Below, piece by piece: positions 61,440 to 64,000 of a stretch of DNA of 64,000 nucleotides. A model generated the notes under the pieces. That model did not search any database. It was not told the origin of the DNA and was given only the letters and a program-made list of their open reading frames with translations. Position 1 is the stretch's first letter. Every line of letters starts with the position of its first letter. Both the position numbers and the translations under genes were made by a program. This DNA comes from Cetorhinus maximus. Its lineage: Eukaryota. The DNA lies in the NCBI RefSeq assembly GCF_964194155.1, contig NC_135887.1, positions 95,294,001-95,358,000 of the forward strand, given 5' to 3'.

Positions 61440-64000
61440 GGGCTGGATTTAATGTTCCCACCACTGCTCCTGCCAGCAGGGCTGCAAGCCGTCGGTGATC
61501 TGCTGCAAGATCTTGGCAGCCGCCTAAACCCAATCATATGGAGGTCAGTCGATTAGTGCCAGTGATGTGGGGTTAGTGCCAGAACATGTGATGAGGTGGA
61601 CCTGACATCAAGAAGCCTGCATCACCTGATGGCCGTGCAGGCAACCATCATGGAATGACAGATCCAGGGACCACTCAGTGGATGCCTTGTGTTAGTACAA
61701 ACCTGCAGACCATCACTGGCACTATGACAACAGTGTTGCAGTATGCCAGCAAGAGGTGGACAATGCGCTGGGACCTCCTTCTGGGAGCACTTCCACCCAT
61801 GGAAAGAAGGGAGGTGCCACCCTGCACTGAGGGAAGTATGAAGCAGCCAGCTGAAGAACTCGAGGGGACCTCTCATGGCATTCCGAGAGTAGCCAGTAGC
61901 TCCCCCTCCTGCCAGTAACCCAAACTTCTCCAGCAACTGTAGCCACAGAAAGGCCTCCTTCACTGGTGCAGGAGCACCCCACCTTGTCCTGGCCCATCCA
62001 GGCCATGGGGATATCTGCCAATGGCCACAGGGCATGAAGAACAGCAGGCTGCCTCAAATTCATCTGCAGATGCTGGAGATGAATGTTGCCTCAGCACTCG
62101 CAAACATTTTAAGGAGGACACATAATCACACTATTGTTCCACTGGAGTTTCTTCAAATTTGTCAATATTGTTCTGTGTATTTTTAATTCATCCTGGTTGT
62201 GTTTTTCAGATCAATGTGATTTGGTTATTGAGGTCATCATGATATTAGGCAGGGTAAGAATGAGTAGACTGCTCAGCAGATGTGTCACGAGCATTATGCG
62301 TGGCTGCCTCAATGGATGAGATCATTATGTCAACATAAAGGGACGAGTTGTCTAGAGTTTGTGTGTTATGGAGATTTAAGCCAATGGTTGAGTGAGGAAG
62401 ACCTTTGTTTGGCAGGTCCTCATGCATGACCAGGCGCTGAAATTGAGAGAGGATAAGGTTGTCTCGTGCCTCCCTTATATCGACCTCCACCCCTCTGGCA
62501 TCTACACCACGATGATGCTGATGTCCCTCTGCCAGAGCCATCTCCTCCTCCCCATTCCCATCATCAGATGAGATCTCTGTCACCTCTTCCTCATCTGGGT
62601 TCAGGTGTTCTCCCCTTTGTAAGGCTATATGTGAGAGGATGCAGCACACCACATTGATGTATGAGACTTTCTCTGGGTTGTATTGAAGAGCTCCCCCTCA
62701 CCTGTCGAGACAACAAAAAAGCATCTTCAATAACCCTTTTGTCTGCTGTATGATGGCTCACGTGGAGCCGTGATTGGTATTATACCTTTCCTCTGCTTTA
62801 GAGCGAGGGTTTCCCATGGGCATCATGAGCTGTTCTCAAGGATCCATTCATGAAACTGCTGGTTGGAGGAAACAGCTGTGGCACCTGGGACTATCGCAGT
62901 ATGAAGGAATCATAGCTGCTTCTTGGATACCTAGCACGCATCTGAAGAATCTCTTTCTGGTACTCACACACTCTTTGGAAGGCAGAATCTCTTCCAGTTG
63001 ATGAAATCAGCTGGCTGTTCATAGGGTGCCTTGATGGCGATATAGATCCACAGTCGATCACACTCATGGATTGCACTCGTGGAAACCCTGCCATGGCCGC
63101 AAAGTCCATGGAGTACTCAACCTGGCTGGCCTGATCCATTCAAAATTTTATGAAATCACCAGCCCTCTTGAAAGTAGCAATGGTGACCTCTTTGATACAG
63201 TGGTGTGTGGCTGCCTGTGAGACCCTATACAGGGCCCGGTGGGACCCTGGACGGAAACATTAGCATAGAAATTCAGTGTGCCTGTAACTTTAAGTGCGAC
63301 TGGCATGGGGTTATCACCATCGCCAATTGGGCAAAGGTTGGCTGCATGAGGGTGCCTAGCTCTGTGATGGTCTCACAAGAGAGGTGGAGTCGCTGCTAGC
63401 ACTGCCTCTCAGCTATTTGCCGGTACGTCAACCTTTTGCGAAAAACTCCAGGCTCAGCCAACTCTGGCTGGACAGATTCCAAGAGATGTCACATGACTTC
63501 CTACCTTCATTTGCTCCTACCTTCATTTGCCCCTCCCCCAGACTTCTGCCATTGGTCTCTCAGTTAGGTTCAGAGCACCGGAGCCAGGGCTGCCTCAGTC
63601 CCCCAGGCCCGAGCACTGGCTATATTTCAGGCTGCGCCCCATTTCTGCCTCTCACCCCGGCCAGCCTTTTAGCAAGAACTAACTCCATGGCTCAGGGCTC
63701 CCCATCTGCACTTTCCCATATCAGAAGTGGCTGCCCAGGCAACCCAGACAATCCCCAGGCTCTACAGAGAGAGCAGCAGTCTCAACCTGGCTCTGGGGCC
63801 GTCATAATTACTGGAAGAAGAACCAGCGCTCTGCGGACATCCAGTGGCCATCAAAGCCCCAGACAAAAGTTCCGGCTTCCTGCCAACCCTATCCACTTGC
63901 TCACTTTATCTATATCCATTAACATTTCGCATATCCTAAATATCCTGGATTGCTTTCAATGGTCACCGGGAGATAGATGCCGTTTCCAGTTGACTCCTGG
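61440..64000. mobile_element. degraded PIF/Harbinger transposon, running off the window end
   Basis: Left TIR GGGCTGGATTT, a Myb-partner-like 3' segment on + (~61620-62120) and a transposase remnant on -. Confidence 0.7.
62430..63500 (-). pseudogene. Harbinger DDE transposase remnant
   Basis: FAAMAGFPRVQSMSVIDC...QMRARYPRSSYDSFILR (62891..63139) and VCCILSHIALQRG...REARDNLILSQF (62245..62652). Confidence 0.8.

Overview
This 64 kb window is eukaryotic, CpG-depleted, transposon-dense DNA, probably from a cartilaginous fish (inferred from the mix of repeat families, not proven). I found no supportable host protein-coding exon, rRNA, bona fide tRNA gene or CRISPR array. Most ORFs in the track are transposon remnants or noise. 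Contents: (1) many decayed CR1, L2 and RTE LINEs, plus a tRNA-derived SINE that shares its 3' tail with a LINE in the window; (2) two Gypsy lineages, namely a Gmr1-like element with a SCAN-like gag and related solo LTR, and a two-LTR Gypsy nested inside that solo LTR; (3) a relatively well-preserved 5'-truncated Penelope-like element (RT + GIY-YIG) with a target-site duplication, an inverted 5' tail and a hammerhead-ribozyme motif, plus three short hammerhead-bearing derivatives; (4) a PIF/Harbinger family at several stages of decay: one complete 3.98 kb element (TIRs, TTA TSD, spliced Myb/SANT gene convergent with a DDE transposase), two degraded elements, and MITEs carrying a conserved array of internal hairpins. 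The least explained signals are locally templated insertions, two of them exactly 181 bp and both landing in L2 elements (one direct at ~95% identity, one a perfect inversion). Also unexplained are a ~1 kb foldback element and a perfect 27-bp-arm palindrome. These are candidates for follow-up, not an established new system. All alignments were done by eye.
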